Counted from the stretch's first letter, positions 1 to 10,302 are shown. The stretch: DNA of 48,465 nt from Candidatus Uhrbacteria bacterium (GCA_016844925.1 JAERTI010000053.1:1-48465); one strand, 5' to 3'. Notes: generated by a model not told the origin, from the letters alone. Made by a program: numbers and translations.

Positions 1-140
1 CTACGGACACCAACCTCGCTGTTGGTTACAAGACCTCAGGTGACGTTACAGCAAATCTCTACTGGAACATCGAGCTTCCAGCACAGGACATTTCCGGTAC
101 CTGCACAGGTACAACAACTGTTACAGCAATCGCTGCTTAA
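1..140 (+). CDS. 3' end of a secreted tandem-paralog protein (partial, truncated by window start)
   Basis: Frame from position 3 reads TDTNLAVGYKTSGDVTANLYWNIELPAQDISGTCTGTTTVTAIAA*, near-identical to the C-termini of the next three ORFs; not in the ORF track. Confidence 0.9.
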   Translation, partial: TDTNLAVGYKTSGDVTANLYWNIELPAQDISGTCTGTTTVTAIAA

Positions 141-154
141 TAAGCGCATGATAC

Positions 155-189
155 AAAGACACCTCTTTTGACAGAGGTGTCTTTTGTTT
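155..189 (+). terminator. Intrinsic terminator
   Basis: aaagacacctct-tttgac-agaggtgtcttt perfect stem followed by T-rich tail. Confidence 0.8.
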
Positions 190-278
190 ATTTAAAGGTT
201 TTGTGATGTGGGGAAAGTTTTTTCTCCCTATAAATGTTATTATGTAACGTATAGTGCTTTAGGCAACAGTGACATTTT

Positions 279-1232
279 ATGGCATCAGGAAAGACATGTT
301 CTTTGCATGCAATTCTAGGGATCGTTCTGTTTGGTGTCGCGCTGTTTGTTACGTTGTCGATGAATACTCGTGACACGCAGGCAGATGCAGTATCGACACA
401 ACTAGAGGTGACGAATAATGCTCCGACGGTTTCGGACGTGTTTATAAATAATTCGGCGTACACATTTGCCGATAGTTTTGTTGGTGGGACGATTATACTC
501 GTTGCTGGTGGCCAAAAGACCGTTCACGTCACAGGAAATGTTCGCGACACAAATGGTCGAGGAGATATTTCAAGTGTAGAGCTAAAGTTTTTTAAGACCA
601 TTATTGGCAGCGGCTGCATTTTGGATTCAAACGATTGTTACGAGGTCCAGGTGTGTTCAACACGAAATGACACGGAGGGAGACTTAGAGATTCTTGAATA
701 TGACTGTCCGGTGGATCTTGATTACTGGACGGATTCAACATCGTTGGGAGGTACTTCACCAGCCTCACATTGGACCACTAGAGTCGTGGTGACCGATAAC
801 GCAAGCGCAACAGGATCTGATACCTCAACCACGAAAGAAATCGGTACCCTTCTTGCCCTCGATATCCCTACGGCTATCGATTACGGAACGCTCAGTAAAG
901 GAGAAAGGACAACGTCTGCAAACAATCAGCACATGCTTTTAGGGCAGCGGGGGAATGACGTTGCGGATGTCGAGGTGTCTGGAGCAGATATGACATGCAC
1001 AAACACTGGTACGATTCCTTACGCGAATCAAGAATGGTCGCTTAGTGATACGGACCACTCCGCGTCAGGCTCTTATGATCTTTCAGGTACGGCCGTCGAT
1101 ACAAATATTGCCATTGGTTATAAAACGAGCACGGATGTGAGTAAGAATCTGTACTGGAATATCGAGCTTCCTGCTCAGGATGTTTCTGGAGTTTGCACGG
1201 GCACCATGACGGTTATTGCTAAGGCTGCCTAA
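279..1232 (+). CDS. Secreted two-domain beta-rich protein, tandem paralog (putative fibre/surface subunit)
   Basis: Signal peptide ending TQA, NNAPTV start of an Ig-like domain, conserved Cys, C-terminal YWNIELP...SGVCTGTMTVIAKAA. Confidence 0.85.
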   Translation: MASGKTCSLHAILGIVLFGVALFVTLSMNTRDTQADAVSTQLEVTNNAPTVSDVFINNSAYTFADSFVGGTIILVAGGQKTVHVTGNVRDTNGRGDISSVELKFFKTIIGSGCILDSNDCYEVQVCSTRNDTEGDLEILEYDCPVDLDYWTDSTSLGGTSPASHWTTRVVVTDNASATGSDTSTTKEIGTLLALDIPTAIDYGTLSKGERTTSANNQHMLLGQRGNDVADVEVSGADMTCTNTGTIPYANQEWSLSDTDHSASGSYDLSGTAVDTNIAIGYKTSTDVSKNLYWNIELPAQDVSGVCTGTMTVIAKAA

Positions 1233-1311
1233 CTCACCATCAGCAACTTTATTTATGTGAAGAGTTTGTTTAGATAGTTTAAGTAACGGAGTTAACAAGC
1301 TGTTTAATGTT

Positions 1312-2268
1312 ATGGCATCAAAAGACCTTAGTTCCTTGCACTGGATCCTCGGTGCCGCTCTTATCCTCATAGGATTGTTTGTGACAGTTTCTCTTGTGGG
1401 CACAAGTTCACAGGCCGACACGGTGAATACTCAGACCAATGTCACGAACCATTCTCCAACCGTGGAGGACGTGTTCATTAATACATCCCAATGGGCTTTT
1501 TCAGATGGATTTGGTAGTGGTACGTTGAACGTTGTGCCTGGTGGAGCTGAAACTATCTGGATCAATGGAAACGTCCGCGATCAGAATGGTGGTGGGGATA
1601 TTGATGATGTGAGTGTTGAGTTTTACAGAACGACAATGAGCACGGGTTGTGCGCCAGATTCTAACTATTGCTATACCGCAAACGGCTGTTCAACACAGAA
1701 TGATACCGAAGGAGACCTTGAGGTCCTTGAGTACTCCTGTACATTCAATCTTGATTACTGGACGGACTCAACTAGTACAGGTGGAACGGCGCCGTCTGAC
1801 GATTGGACAACCACGGTCACCGTGACAGATAACGCTGGTTCCACGGGCTCTGATTCTTCTGTGACGAAAGAAATTGGAACTACACTTTCGTTGGATATTC
1901 CAACCACCATCAATTTCGGTACCCTGAGCAAGGGGCAGAAGACGACTTCTCTGAATAATCAAACACACGTAATCACACAGCGAGGAAATGACGAGGCAGA
2001 CGTCGAGGTTTCCTCTGCTTCTGATATGACCTGCACCAACACGGGTACCATTCCTGTGGCAAACCAGGAGTGGAGTTTGACAGACGAGGATCATTCGGAT
2101 GCTTCCATGGCTGACCTCTCGGGTTCTGCGACTGATACGAACTTGGGTGTTGGCTACAAAACCTCAGGTGATGTTTCTAAAAATCTTCACTGGAATATTG
2201 AACTTCCAGCATCAGATATTTCCGGTACTTGTACGGGGACGGTTACAGTCACGGCTATTGCTGCTTAG
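1312..2268 (+). CDS. Secreted two-domain beta-rich protein, tandem paralog
   Basis: Signal peptide SLHWILG...SQA; collinear with neighbouring paralogs (NDTEGDLE, LDYWTDSTS, NQEWSL, WNIELP). Confidence 0.87.
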   Translation: MASKDLSSLHWILGAALILIGLFVTVSLVGTSSQADTVNTQTNVTNHSPTVEDVFINTSQWAFSDGFGSGTLNVVPGGAETIWINGNVRDQNGGGDIDDVSVEFYRTTMSTGCAPDSNYCYTANGCSTQNDTEGDLEVLEYSCTFNLDYWTDSTSTGGTAPSDDWTTTVTVTDNAGSTGSDSSVTKEIGTTLSLDIPTTINFGTLSKGQKTTSLNNQTHVITQRGNDEADVEVSSASDMTCTNTGTIPVANQEWSLTDEDHSDASMADLSGSATDTNLGVGYKTSGDVSKNLHWNIELPASDISGTCTGTVTVTAIAA

Positions 2269-2308
2269 TAATAAATGATCATAAAAATTTAAGAAATTTT
2301 TTAAGACT

Positions 2309-3265
2309 ATGTCTTCAAAAGATACCAATTCCTTGCACTGGATTCTCGGAGCCGCTTTGCTTCTCATTGGGCTGTTCGTTGTTGTTTCTCTTGTAGGTGT
2401 GAACTCACAAGCTGATAGCGTGAACACGCAGACCAACATTACTAATCATTCGCCAACGGTTGAGGATGTGTTCGTAAATGACGCACAATGGGTCTTTTCT
2501 CCTGGTTTTGGGGGTGGGTCAATCACTGTTGTGCCTGGTGGTCAGCGAGATGTTTGGATTAACGGAAATGTGCGTGATCAAAATGGTCGAGGAGATATTC
2601 TCGCGGTAAAAGGCCAATTTTATAAAACTACAGCAGGCGATACTTGTACTCCCGATTCAAATGACTGTTATGCAGAAAGTTCCTGCTCAACCCAGAATGA
2701 TACAGAGGGAGATCTCGAGGTTCTTGAGTATTCTTGTTTAATGAGTCTTGATTACTGGACAGATTCTACGAGTACAGGAGGTGCTTCACCTAGTACTGAC
2801 TGGACCGTGAAAGTTGAGGTTGTTGATAATGCCATGACGACTGGATCAGATTCTTCAGTAACAAAAGAAATTGAAACAACGCTTGCTCTTACTATTCCAA
2901 CAACAATTAACTTCGGTACGCTCACAAAAGGTCAGTCGACAACATCTGCTAATAATCAGCATCAGGTTATTGGGCAAAACGCGAATGATGAGGGGGATGT
3001 GGAGGTTTCGTCTGCTGCTGACATGACCTGTACGAATACAGGAACAATTCCTGTTGCTAACCAAGAGTGGTCGCTGACTGATGTCGATCATTCAGATCCA
3101 GCAGGTACCGACCTTTCGGGTTCTGCTGCGGATACGAACCTGGGTGTTGCCTACAAAACAACGGGAGATGTATCGGAGACACTCTATTGGAACATTGAGC
3201 TTCCAGCATCGAACATTTCCGGTACTTGTACGGGTACAACAACGGTTACAGCAATTGCTTCTTAA
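2309..3265 (+). CDS. Secreted two-domain beta-rich protein, tandem paralog
   Basis: Same length and motifs as 1312..2268. Confidence 0.87.
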   Translation: MSSKDTNSLHWILGAALLLIGLFVVVSLVGVNSQADSVNTQTNITNHSPTVEDVFVNDAQWVFSPGFGGGSITVVPGGQRDVWINGNVRDQNGRGDILAVKGQFYKTTAGDTCTPDSNDCYAESSCSTQNDTEGDLEVLEYSCLMSLDYWTDSTSTGGASPSTDWTVKVEVVDNAMTTGSDSSVTKEIETTLALTIPTTINFGTLTKGQSTTSANNQHQVIGQNANDEGDVEVSSAADMTCTNTGTIPVANQEWSLTDVDHSDPAGTDLSGSAADTNLGVAYKTTGDVSETLYWNIELPASNISGTCTGTTTVTAIAS

Positions 3266-3276
3266 TGCAGTGCTAC

Positions 3277-3305
3277 AAAAAACACCTCCATATGGAGGTG
3301 TTTTT
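3277..3305. terminator. Bidirectional intrinsic terminator between convergent paralog array and topA
   Basis: aaaaaacacctccatatggaggtgttttt palindrome with A and T tracts. Confidence 0.8.
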
Positions 3306-3307
3306 AG

Positions 3308-5650
3308 TTAATCTTTTTTCTTCGTCACTTTCTTTTTCTTCGTCGCCTTCTTTTTCGGTGCAGCCTTTTTCTTTGTGGCTTTCTTCTTTCTGCCACGACC
3401 AGGTCCTTTTGCTCGTTTCTTTATGAGCATTTCTATAGCGATCTCTCGAGTAATGTCTTCAGGTGCACGAGTTTTTCCAAGAGACGCGTTCGTCTCACCG
3501 TCAGTGATATACGGGCCAAAGCGACCGTGCTTCATAAGGATCTGCCCCTTGGTTGTAGGGTCCTCGCCAAACTCAGCAATCGGTGTGGCCATCTTTTTCT
3601 TCAGTGCAGCGGCTTCTTTTAAGATCACGCGAGCCTCCGCTTCACCGATTTCAGCAGGGTCATGGGGGTCTTTGATGGAAGCAGTCACTTCTCCAGCTTT
3701 GAGGTAGGGGCCAAATCGTCCCTGAGCAGCGACGATCTTTTCTCCCTCTTCTGTGACACCAACATCTCGTGGGAAAGAGAGGCACTTGAGTGCATCCTCG
3801 AGGGTCAGGCTTTCAATGTTCATGCCCTTGAGAAGTGAGGCGCTCTTGGGTTTTGGTTTCCCTGCCTCTTTGTCTTCCTTTGTGTACTCGCCGATCTGGA
3901 CGAATCCTCCGAAGCGTCCTGAGCGAACCATGATCGGTAAGCCGGACTCTTCATCTTTGCCGAGCTCTCGGTCGGGCATGATGTCTTCACGAGAGAGTTC
4001 TTTTGATTTTATTTCGAGATTTTTATGGAACGGTCCGTAGAATGCCTCTAGGGTTGGGACCCACTCAACGGTTCCTTCAGCAATCTCATCCAATGTTCGC
4101 TCCAACTTCGCCGTGAACTCATAATCAACGATTTGATCGAAGTGTTCCACCAGTAGGTCGCTCACAATCATGGCAATGTCGAGAGGGTAGAGCTTTTTGT
4201 TGTCATCACGCTCAACGTATCCACGATCGATGATGGTACCAATCGTTGGGGCATAGGTAGACGGTCGTCCAATGCCATGCTCTTCCAGAACTTTCACAAG
4301 TGTCGCATCGCTGTAACGCGCCGGTGGCTCGGTGAAGTGCTGTACGGGCACAATGGAAGTCGTGTCCACAGCATCGCCCTCGGCTAAGACAGGAAGAATC
4401 TTTTCTTTGGCGCTTTGGTAGACCTTCATAAAACCATCAAAGGCGATGGTGCTACCGTTTGCGCGGAAGATGTAGTTCTTGGCGGTCAGGTCTACGCCCG
4501 TACGGTTAAGTTGTGCAGAAGGGAGCTGAGAGGCGAGTGTTCTGCGCCAGATGAGGTCGTAGAGCTTGTAAGCTTGAGGTTCTAGGCCTGTTTGGATGGA
4601 TTCAGGGGTAACGGAGACATCTGTGGGACGAATAGCCTCGTGAGCCTCCTGGGCGCCCTTCTTCTTCGTCTTGTAGCGTTTTGGGCCTTCTGTGTACTTC
4701 TCACCAAAGGTTGAGGAGATGTACTCTTGAGCTTCACCTAAAAACTTCTCTGCAAGATTCTGAGAATCGGTACGCATATAGGTAATGCGTCCTGTCTCGT
4801 ACAGCTGCTGGGCAAAGCGCATGGTCTGCTTGGCACTAAAGCCGAGCTTGTTATTGGCATCGATTTGCAATGTGGAGGTCGTGTATGGAGCAGGGGGAGC
4901 CTTCTTTACTTGTTTCATCTCCACCTTTCCGACAGTCACCTGTGTTCCTTCAAGATCATTTACGATCTTCATGGCATCTGCCTCTGTGCCAATAGCGAGC
5001 TTCTCTAGTTTGTTTCCGTCGATGGATTTTAGCTTTGCAGGGAAGGCTGCGCCGTCTTTAGCGAATTCTCCGTCGATGGTCCAATATTCATCTACCTTAA
5101 ATGCACGACGTTCACGCTCACGTTCTACGATCAAGCGTGTAGCGATGGACTGCACACGTCCGGCACTCAAGCCGTAACGAATCTTTTGCCAAAGAAATGG
5201 AGAAAGCTCGTACCCAACAAGTCGATCGAGAATACGGCGCGCCTGCTGTGCGTTCACAAGATTCTGATCGATGGTTCGTGGCTCGGCGACAGCTTCTTCA
5301 ATGGCGTCGCGGGTGATCTCATGAAAGGTAATGCGCTTGGTCTTGGTCGGGTCCAATTTAAGAGCCTGGGCTACGTGCCAGGCGATCGCTTCTCCTTCGC
5401 GGTCTTCATCAGTAGCCAGGTAAACTTCATCAACTTCCTTCGCGGCTTTTTTCAGAGCCGAAACAGCCTTCTTTGATTTTGTTGGAATGGTGTAGGTCGG
5501 TTCAAAATTGTTCTCGACGTCCACGCCAATTTTACTTTTCGGTAAATCACGAATGTGACCGAAAGACGAAAGGACGGTGTAGTCGCCGCCCAGGTATTTT
5601 GAAATTGTTTTTGCTTTCGTCGGTGACTCGACGATGAGGAGTTTCTTCAT
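3308..5650 (-). CDS. topA: DNA topoisomerase I (type IA)
   Basis: IVESPTKAKTI Toprim start, ATDEDREGE, SAGRVQS, catalytic ITYMRTD, GIGRPSTY; C-terminal GRFGPY repeats and Lys-rich tail. Confidence 0.98.
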   Translation of the reverse strand: MKKLLIVESPTKAKTISKYLGGDYTVLSSFGHIRDLPKSKIGVDVENNFEPTYTIPTKSKKAVSALKKAAKEVDEVYLATDEDREGEAIAWHVAQALKLDPTKTKRITFHEITRDAIEEAVAEPRTIDQNLVNAQQARRILDRLVGYELSPFLWQKIRYGLSAGRVQSIATRLIVERERERRAFKVDEYWTIDGEFAKDGAAFPAKLKSIDGNKLEKLAIGTEADAMKIVNDLEGTQVTVGKVEMKQVKKAPPAPYTTSTLQIDANNKLGFSAKQTMRFAQQLYETGRITYMRTDSQNLAEKFLGEAQEYISSTFGEKYTEGPKRYKTKKKGAQEAHEAIRPTDVSVTPESIQTGLEPQAYKLYDLIWRRTLASQLPSAQLNRTGVDLTAKNYIFRANGSTIAFDGFMKVYQSAKEKILPVLAEGDAVDTTSIVPVQHFTEPPARYSDATLVKVLEEHGIGRPSTYAPTIGTIIDRGYVERDDNKKLYPLDIAMIVSDLLVEHFDQIVDYEFTAKLERTLDEIAEGTVEWVPTLEAFYGPFHKNLEIKSKELSREDIMPDRELGKDEESGLPIMVRSGRFGGFVQIGEYTKEDKEAGKPKPKSASLLKGMNIESLTLEDALKCLSFPRDVGVTEEGEKIVAAQGRFGPYLKAGEVTASIKDPHDPAEIGEAEARVILKEAAALKKKMATPIAEFGEDPTTKGQILMKHGRFGPYITDGETNASLGKTRAPEDITREIAIEMLIKKRAKGPGRGRKKKATKKKAAPKKKATKKKKVTKKKD

Positions 5651-5694
5651 GTATTCGTATTAGTAACGGCTTGGGGGAAATGCGTCAAGTTCCA

Positions 5695-6771
5695 TTACTT
5701 CTTTGAATAATAGCCCGCTCCCTCGTGCCTGATGGCGTTTTTTATTTCTAGGAGGGAGAGGAGACTGCTGACTTTTGGGGTTGGAAGACCTAGGGTTCGG
5801 ACGAGCTCGTCTAGGTGGATGGGGGTGCTACTTAGTTTGCTCAGGAGGGTTCGCTCGTCTTCGTTTGCAGGTTCGTAGGCAGGTACGGCAGGTTTTGTCG
5901 GTTCAATACCTATAATGTCCGCGACACAGGTAACAGGAGTAGCTCCAAGCTTTATAAGGTTATTTGGCCCCTCTGAGAGGGGTTCGTGGATAGAACCTGG
6001 GACCGCGTACACCTCGCGGTTGTGTTCCAGGGCGGCGCGGGCCGTGATGAGCGATCCAGACTTGAGGGCGGCTTGTGTAACGAGCGTGCCGTGGCAGATG
6101 CCGGCGATGACACGGTTACGGAACGGGAAGTGGTGTTTGAGCGGTGGGGTACCAGGAAAGAATTCAGAAATGAGAGCGCCGTCGTTTGTCAGAATTCGTG
6201 AGGCTAGGGCGCGGTTGCGTGAAGGGTAGATGCTGTCATCGTCGATGCCTGAACCTAGCACGGCTAACGTAGTACCACCGGCTGCAAGTGTTGCATCGTG
6301 GGCTACGGCATCGACGCCGTAGGCGAGTCCGCTCACAATGACAACGTTCTCGCGAGCAAGGTCTGTGACCAGGTCTTCTGTTGCACGCTTGCCATAAGGC
6401 GTGGCTTTGCGTGATCCAACGACGGCAACATGACGACGTTCTGGATCAGGAAGGGTGCCGCGGACGTATAGGACCGCAGGGGGGTCGTAAATCTCTTTGA
6501 GCAACGGTGGGTAGATTTCGTCCTTCATTGTTATCGCTTGAATGCCATGAAGCTCAAGCTTGCGCATTAGGGCGTCAGGGTCGATGTGAATGCGTTCTTG
6601 GAGAAAACGACTCGCAATTTTTGGCTCGATTCCCGCCTCAACAAGCTGACTCGCAGACGCCTCAAAAGCGGCTTGCATGTCTGGGAAGCGACGTGCAAGC
6701 CGCGCTGTTCGAATCGCGCCAAATGAACGGAAGTGTGTGAGGCCAACCCAATAGGGGAGGTCAGCTCGCAT
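5695..6771 (-). CDS. dprA: DNA-processing protein DprA/Smf
   Basis: VAVVGSR, IVSGLAYGVD, FPFRNRVIAG, SGSLITA, C-terminal winged helix; canonical adjacency to topA. Confidence 0.97.
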   Translation of the reverse strand: MRADLPYWVGLTHFRSFGAIRTARLARRFPDMQAAFEASASQLVEAGIEPKIASRFLQERIHIDPDALMRKLELHGIQAITMKDEIYPPLLKEIYDPPAVLYVRGTLPDPERRHVAVVGSRKATPYGKRATEDLVTDLARENVVIVSGLAYGVDAVAHDATLAAGGTTLAVLGSGIDDDSIYPSRNRALASRILTNDGALISEFFPGTPPLKHHFPFRNRVIAGICHGTLVTQAALKSGSLITARAALEHNREVYAVPGSIHEPLSEGPNNLIKLGATPVTCVADIIGIEPTKPAVPAYEPANEDERTLLSKLSSTPIHLDELVRTLGLPTPKVSSLLSLLEIKNAIRHEGAGYYSKK

Positions 6772-7288
6772 AGAGGGTTTCGATCACGTTGTTGATGATT
6801 TCTGGGAGAGCTTGCTGCTCCTCAGTTGTGAATTTTTGTAGAACGAACTGGTCGAGTGGAATGTCTGGATGTGAGGGGCGGCCGATGCCCACGCGAATAC
6901 GTTTTATATTTGTTCCCTTGGGAAGTGTATTCAGGATAGAGGCCATGCCACGGTGGCCAGCTGCTCCACCACCGGCTTTCACGCGTATATCGCCAAATGC
7001 AAGGTCTGCATCGTCATAGATAACGGTGACGTCCTCAATAGAAACAGGGTACTTATTCATGACGGATGCCAAGGAGCGTCCAGAGACGTTCATGAATGTC
7101 TGTGGTTTTACGAGCAGTGCACGTTGGTCACCAAGCATGCCTTCGGCAATCAGTGCCTCAACAGAGCGTTTTGATTTGAAGTTAGCCTCCATGCGATGGG
7201 CAAGTTCATCGAGCACAAGAAAGCCCACGTTGTGTCGAGTGAGTTCGTACTGTTTCCCAGGATTTCCCAGGCCGATGAACGATTGCAT
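6761..7288 (-). CDS. pth: Peptidyl-tRNA hydrolase
   Basis: GLGNPG..Y..TRHNVGF, KPQTFMNVSG, GHRG, RIRVGIGRP. Confidence 0.97.
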   Translation of the reverse strand: MQSFIGLGNPGKQYELTRHNVGFLVLDELAHRMEANFKSKRSVEALIAEGMLGDQRALLVKPQTFMNVSGRSLASVMNKYPVSIEDVTVIYDDADLAFGDIRVKAGGGAAGHRGMASILNTLPKGTNIKRIRVGIGRPSHPDIPLDQFVLQKFTTEEQQALPEIINNVIETLYAS

Positions 7289-7289
7289 A

Positions 7290-8648
7290 TTATTTTGCTA
7301 CGGAGCGCGCGAGGACAATACGGATTCGTATGGGGGTTCCCATTAAACCAAATTCTTCTCGCAGACGGTTTTCCAAAAAGCGAACATAACTCGGGTGAAG
7401 TGTGTCAGCTCGACGAGATTTGATCACGAGGTCGAATGTAGGAGGTGCTGTAGAGACTTGCTTGAGACCAAGAAGTTTTGGTGCTCGTGGCCCCTTTCCA
7501 AGTGACGGTTTGTGTTTGCGCTGAGCCTTTTGAAGGAACTCCCCTAAGGCATTTGGTGTGAGTTCAACAGAGCGACGTTCGGCAACAGCATCGATTTGAT
7601 CAAAGAGTGTTTTGACACGCTGTTTGGTCAGAGCGCTCACAAATAAGACCGGTGCCCATTTCAAAAATGGGAGAGAGGCAGCGACATAGTCGCGGTACTC
7701 GTTCATGGTATTCGTCTTCTTGTCTTCAACCAAGTCCCACTTGTTCACAACGACGATGACGGCAGAGCCGGAGTTCTTCAGGAACCCGGCGAGTGTTTTT
7801 TCTTGCGTGCCGATCGGTTCGGTGGCATCAACGACAAGTACCGTCACGTCGGCGTAGCGAACGACCCACTCATTGCGTTTCACAGCAGCCGCCTCAAGGC
7901 CGCCGGACTTGCGCACCTTTCCTTTCTTTCGCATTCCAGCCGTATCGATGAAGATATATTGCTTGTCGCGATGTTTGATGAGCGTATCGTTCGGCTCTCG
8001 TGTGGTGTGGGCGATGGGGGAGGTGATGAAACGATCTTCACCAATAATCGCGTTGAGCAATGTAGACTTTCCAACGTTTGGTTTTCCGATCACAGCCACC
8101 TTTGTTCCCACCTGCTCTTGTGGGTCTACAGGAGGCTTTCCAATGGTCTCGAGTTCCTCGTAAATCTTATCGAGCAGGTCTCCCAAACCTGTTCCTCTGG
8201 TGGCGGAAACAGCGATGGGTTCTGGGAGGCCGGGGAACTGCCACTGCTTCTCATGGATGCTGAGCTGCTCGATACGTTTCTCTGCTTTGTTTCCAACGAC
8301 GATGACAGGGCGTCCTGAGGCAGCAAACTTTTTTGCGAGCTCTTGCTCTTGAGGCATGGCACCAGACTTCAGATCGACAACAAACAGGAGTAAGTCTGCC
8401 TGGTCAATGGCGAGCTCAGCTTGTTTTTGAATATCTCGCTCAATGACGTCAGCAAGATTCACGTCCAGTCCACCAGTATCAATGAGACGAATGATCTGCC
8501 CACGCCAAAGACAATCTCCTTCATTACGGTCGCGAGTCGTGCCAGCTACATCAGAAATAAGCGCCTTTTGTTTTTCCAAAAGGCGGTTAAAAAGGGTAGA
8601 TTTTCCAACGTTTGTGCGGCCAACAAGGGCGACGGTAGGAAGGTTCAT
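7290..8648 (-). CDS. der: Ribosome biogenesis GTPase Der (EngA)
   Basis: Two GTPase domains (GRTNVGKST, GKPNVGKST; DTGG, DTAG; NKAE, NKWD) and C-terminal KH-like domain. Confidence 0.97.
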   Translation of the reverse strand: MNLPTVALVGRTNVGKSTLFNRLLEKQKALISDVAGTTRDRNEGDCLWRGQIIRLIDTGGLDVNLADVIERDIQKQAELAIDQADLLLFVVDLKSGAMPQEQELAKKFAASGRPVIVVGNKAEKRIEQLSIHEKQWQFPGLPEPIAVSATRGTGLGDLLDKIYEELETIGKPPVDPQEQVGTKVAVIGKPNVGKSTLLNAIIGEDRFITSPIAHTTREPNDTLIKHRDKQYIFIDTAGMRKKGKVRKSGGLEAAAVKRNEWVVRYADVTVLVVDATEPIGTQEKTLAGFLKNSGSAVIVVVNKWDLVEDKKTNTMNEYRDYVAASLPFLKWAPVLFVSALTKQRVKTLFDQIDAVAERRSVELTPNALGEFLQKAQRKHKPSLGKGPRAPKLLGLKQVSTAPPTFDLVIKSRRADTLHPSYVRFLENRLREEFGLMGTPIRIRIVLARSVAK

Positions 8649-8649
8649 A

Positions 8650-10302
8650 TTAGTCTAATAGGGCTAATCCAGAGGCACTCTCGCCCAGAATGATCAAAAA
8701 GTCCAGGTTTTCCTGAGTGGCGAGGTTTTCATAGTCCTCATCTGAGAACGCGATTTCCTTTGGCACGATGTCACCAGAGATCATCCAGCCAGTGGTGCTG
8801 AGCGTTACGTCTGCTTGGAGAAAGTCTCTCAGGGCCTTCAATTCTTCTGCACGTTGACCATTGGTGAGATCGTAAATAACTGTGTGCTCATAGCCGCGGG
8901 TGGCAGCATTGCCAATGCTTGTAACATCAAAGCCTTGGCCGTCCAAGAGTTGACTTGTACGGAAAGCAAGACCGGTAATGTTTGTTCCATTTTGAATTTC
9001 AACACGTACAAACTTTGGTTTCTCTTCTGGGGCATCGGCGTACTGAGGGGAGAGGAGCTCATCCTCGGTAAAAATGTTCTCTGCGATGTTTTGGAGCGGA
9101 GACCAATCATCATTCTTTGGCAGGAGTACGTACGCGCCATTGAGCACGGTCGCGTACAGCGGGGAGCTCTCTGAGGCGTCGACGACGTGGTGCACGATGC
9201 TTGTGGCATCCAGGTCCTTAAACTCTTTCGCCAGACGCACGATCTCCCAGACGTCCAGGTTCGTTGCGATGTTGGCCTGCAGGGCATCGAGCATCTTTGA
9301 GATGCGCGATGGGTTTAAGAAGGTTGAGGCGGAGAGAACTTTATCTTTCACTGCCAGGATGATTTTTTGCTGGCGCTTGGAGCGAGCAAAGTCCGAGCCC
9401 TCACCGTTGTTTCCGTGACGAGAGCGAACAAACTTGAGTGCCGTGTCGCCGTCCATGTGTGTCCATCCTTCATAGAAGGTGATGGATTCGTAGCGACAAG
9501 AGTAGTCAATAACTTCTGGTTCGTTTTCTTCCTCAAGCTTTTCTTCCAGGATGCCTTTTTCCTCTTCTTCGATTTCTAGGATTTCTGCGAGCTCTTCCAC
9601 ATCTTCTTCCTCGACATACACATTTTCTTCCTCTTCAGGTTCAGCGTAGCCACAGGTGGCAAATTCTTTTCCGTGGCTTGGGTAGCTCGCATCGGTAAAG
9701 GTGTTCTCGACATAAATATCGACACCCCCTAAGGCGTCTACAAACTCAGCAAAGCCATCAAAGTCAACACGCAGGTAGTAGTGGATCTCTTCATCAAGTA
9801 CTTCACCGATTACCTGTGAGGCGAGTGCTGGACCAGCGCCAGGCTCGTCGACCTCACCGTAGGCGTTTGCGTGATTCACTTTGCGATAGCCGTAACCAGG
9901 AATAGGAACGGTCATGTCGCGGGGGAGCGACATCATGCCGATGGCGCCGTCGGACGGCTGGTAACTGGTAAAGATGATGGTGTCGGTCAGCTGTGGACCG
10001 CTGTGGCCCTCGCCTCCAATACCCATGAGCAGAAAGTTCACTCGATCCTCTTCTTCGCCTACGAGCTCACGGTCATCCGAGCCAACAAGGTGTTTAATCG
10101 TTGAGAATAAGGAAATGCTCGGGAAGGTTCCCGAGCTATCTGATGTATCAACGACTTGGTAGGAAAAGACGGCGCCAGCAGTGGCTGCGATGATGAGAAG
10201 AACAATCAGTCCTTTTCCAAAAAAAAGAACCGGCGTTCGCTGTTTGCGGCGCGGGCGTTTGGGGGGTTCTTCGTTAAGAAGATCAATCTTATGCTTGTCC
10301 AT
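8650..10302 (-). CDS. LCP (LytR-CpsA-Psr) family glycopolymer transferase with C-terminal LytR_C domain
   Basis: One TM; LLMG, TDTII, SLPRD, VDFDGF..FVDALGGV, RSRH, SDFARSKRQQ; VEIQNGT..TGLA C-terminal domain. ATG at 10302 preferred over TTG at 10341. Confidence 0.92.
   Translation of the reverse strand: MDKHKIDLLNEEPPKRPRRKQRTPVLFFGKGLIVLLIIAATAGAVFSYQVVDTSDSSGTFPSISLFSTIKHLVGSDDRELVGEEEDRVNFLLMGIGGEGHSGPQLTDTIIFTSYQPSDGAIGMMSLPRDMTVPIPGYGYRKVNHANAYGEVDEPGAGPALASQVIGEVLDEEIHYYLRVDFDGFAEFVDALGGVDIYVENTFTDASYPSHGKEFATCGYAEPEEEENVYVEEEDVEELAEILEIEEEEKGILEEKLEEENEPEVIDYSCRYESITFYEGWTHMDGDTALKFVRSRHGNNGEGSDFARSKRQQKIILAVKDKVLSASTFLNPSRISKMLDALQANIATNLDVWEIVRLAKEFKDLDATSIVHHVVDASESSPLYATVLNGAYVLLPKNDDWSPLQNIAENIFTEDELLSPQYADAPEEKPKFVRVEIQNGTNITGLAFRTSQLLDGQGFDVTSIGNAATRGYEHTVIYDLTNGQRAEELKALRDFLQADVTLSTTGWMISGDIVPKEIAFSDEDYENLATQENLDFLIILGESASGLALLD

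Noticed and set aside
1-3265. Diversity-generating retroelement targets
   Set aside because: No reverse transcriptase in the window; paralog differences are spread throughout and not visibly adenine-specific
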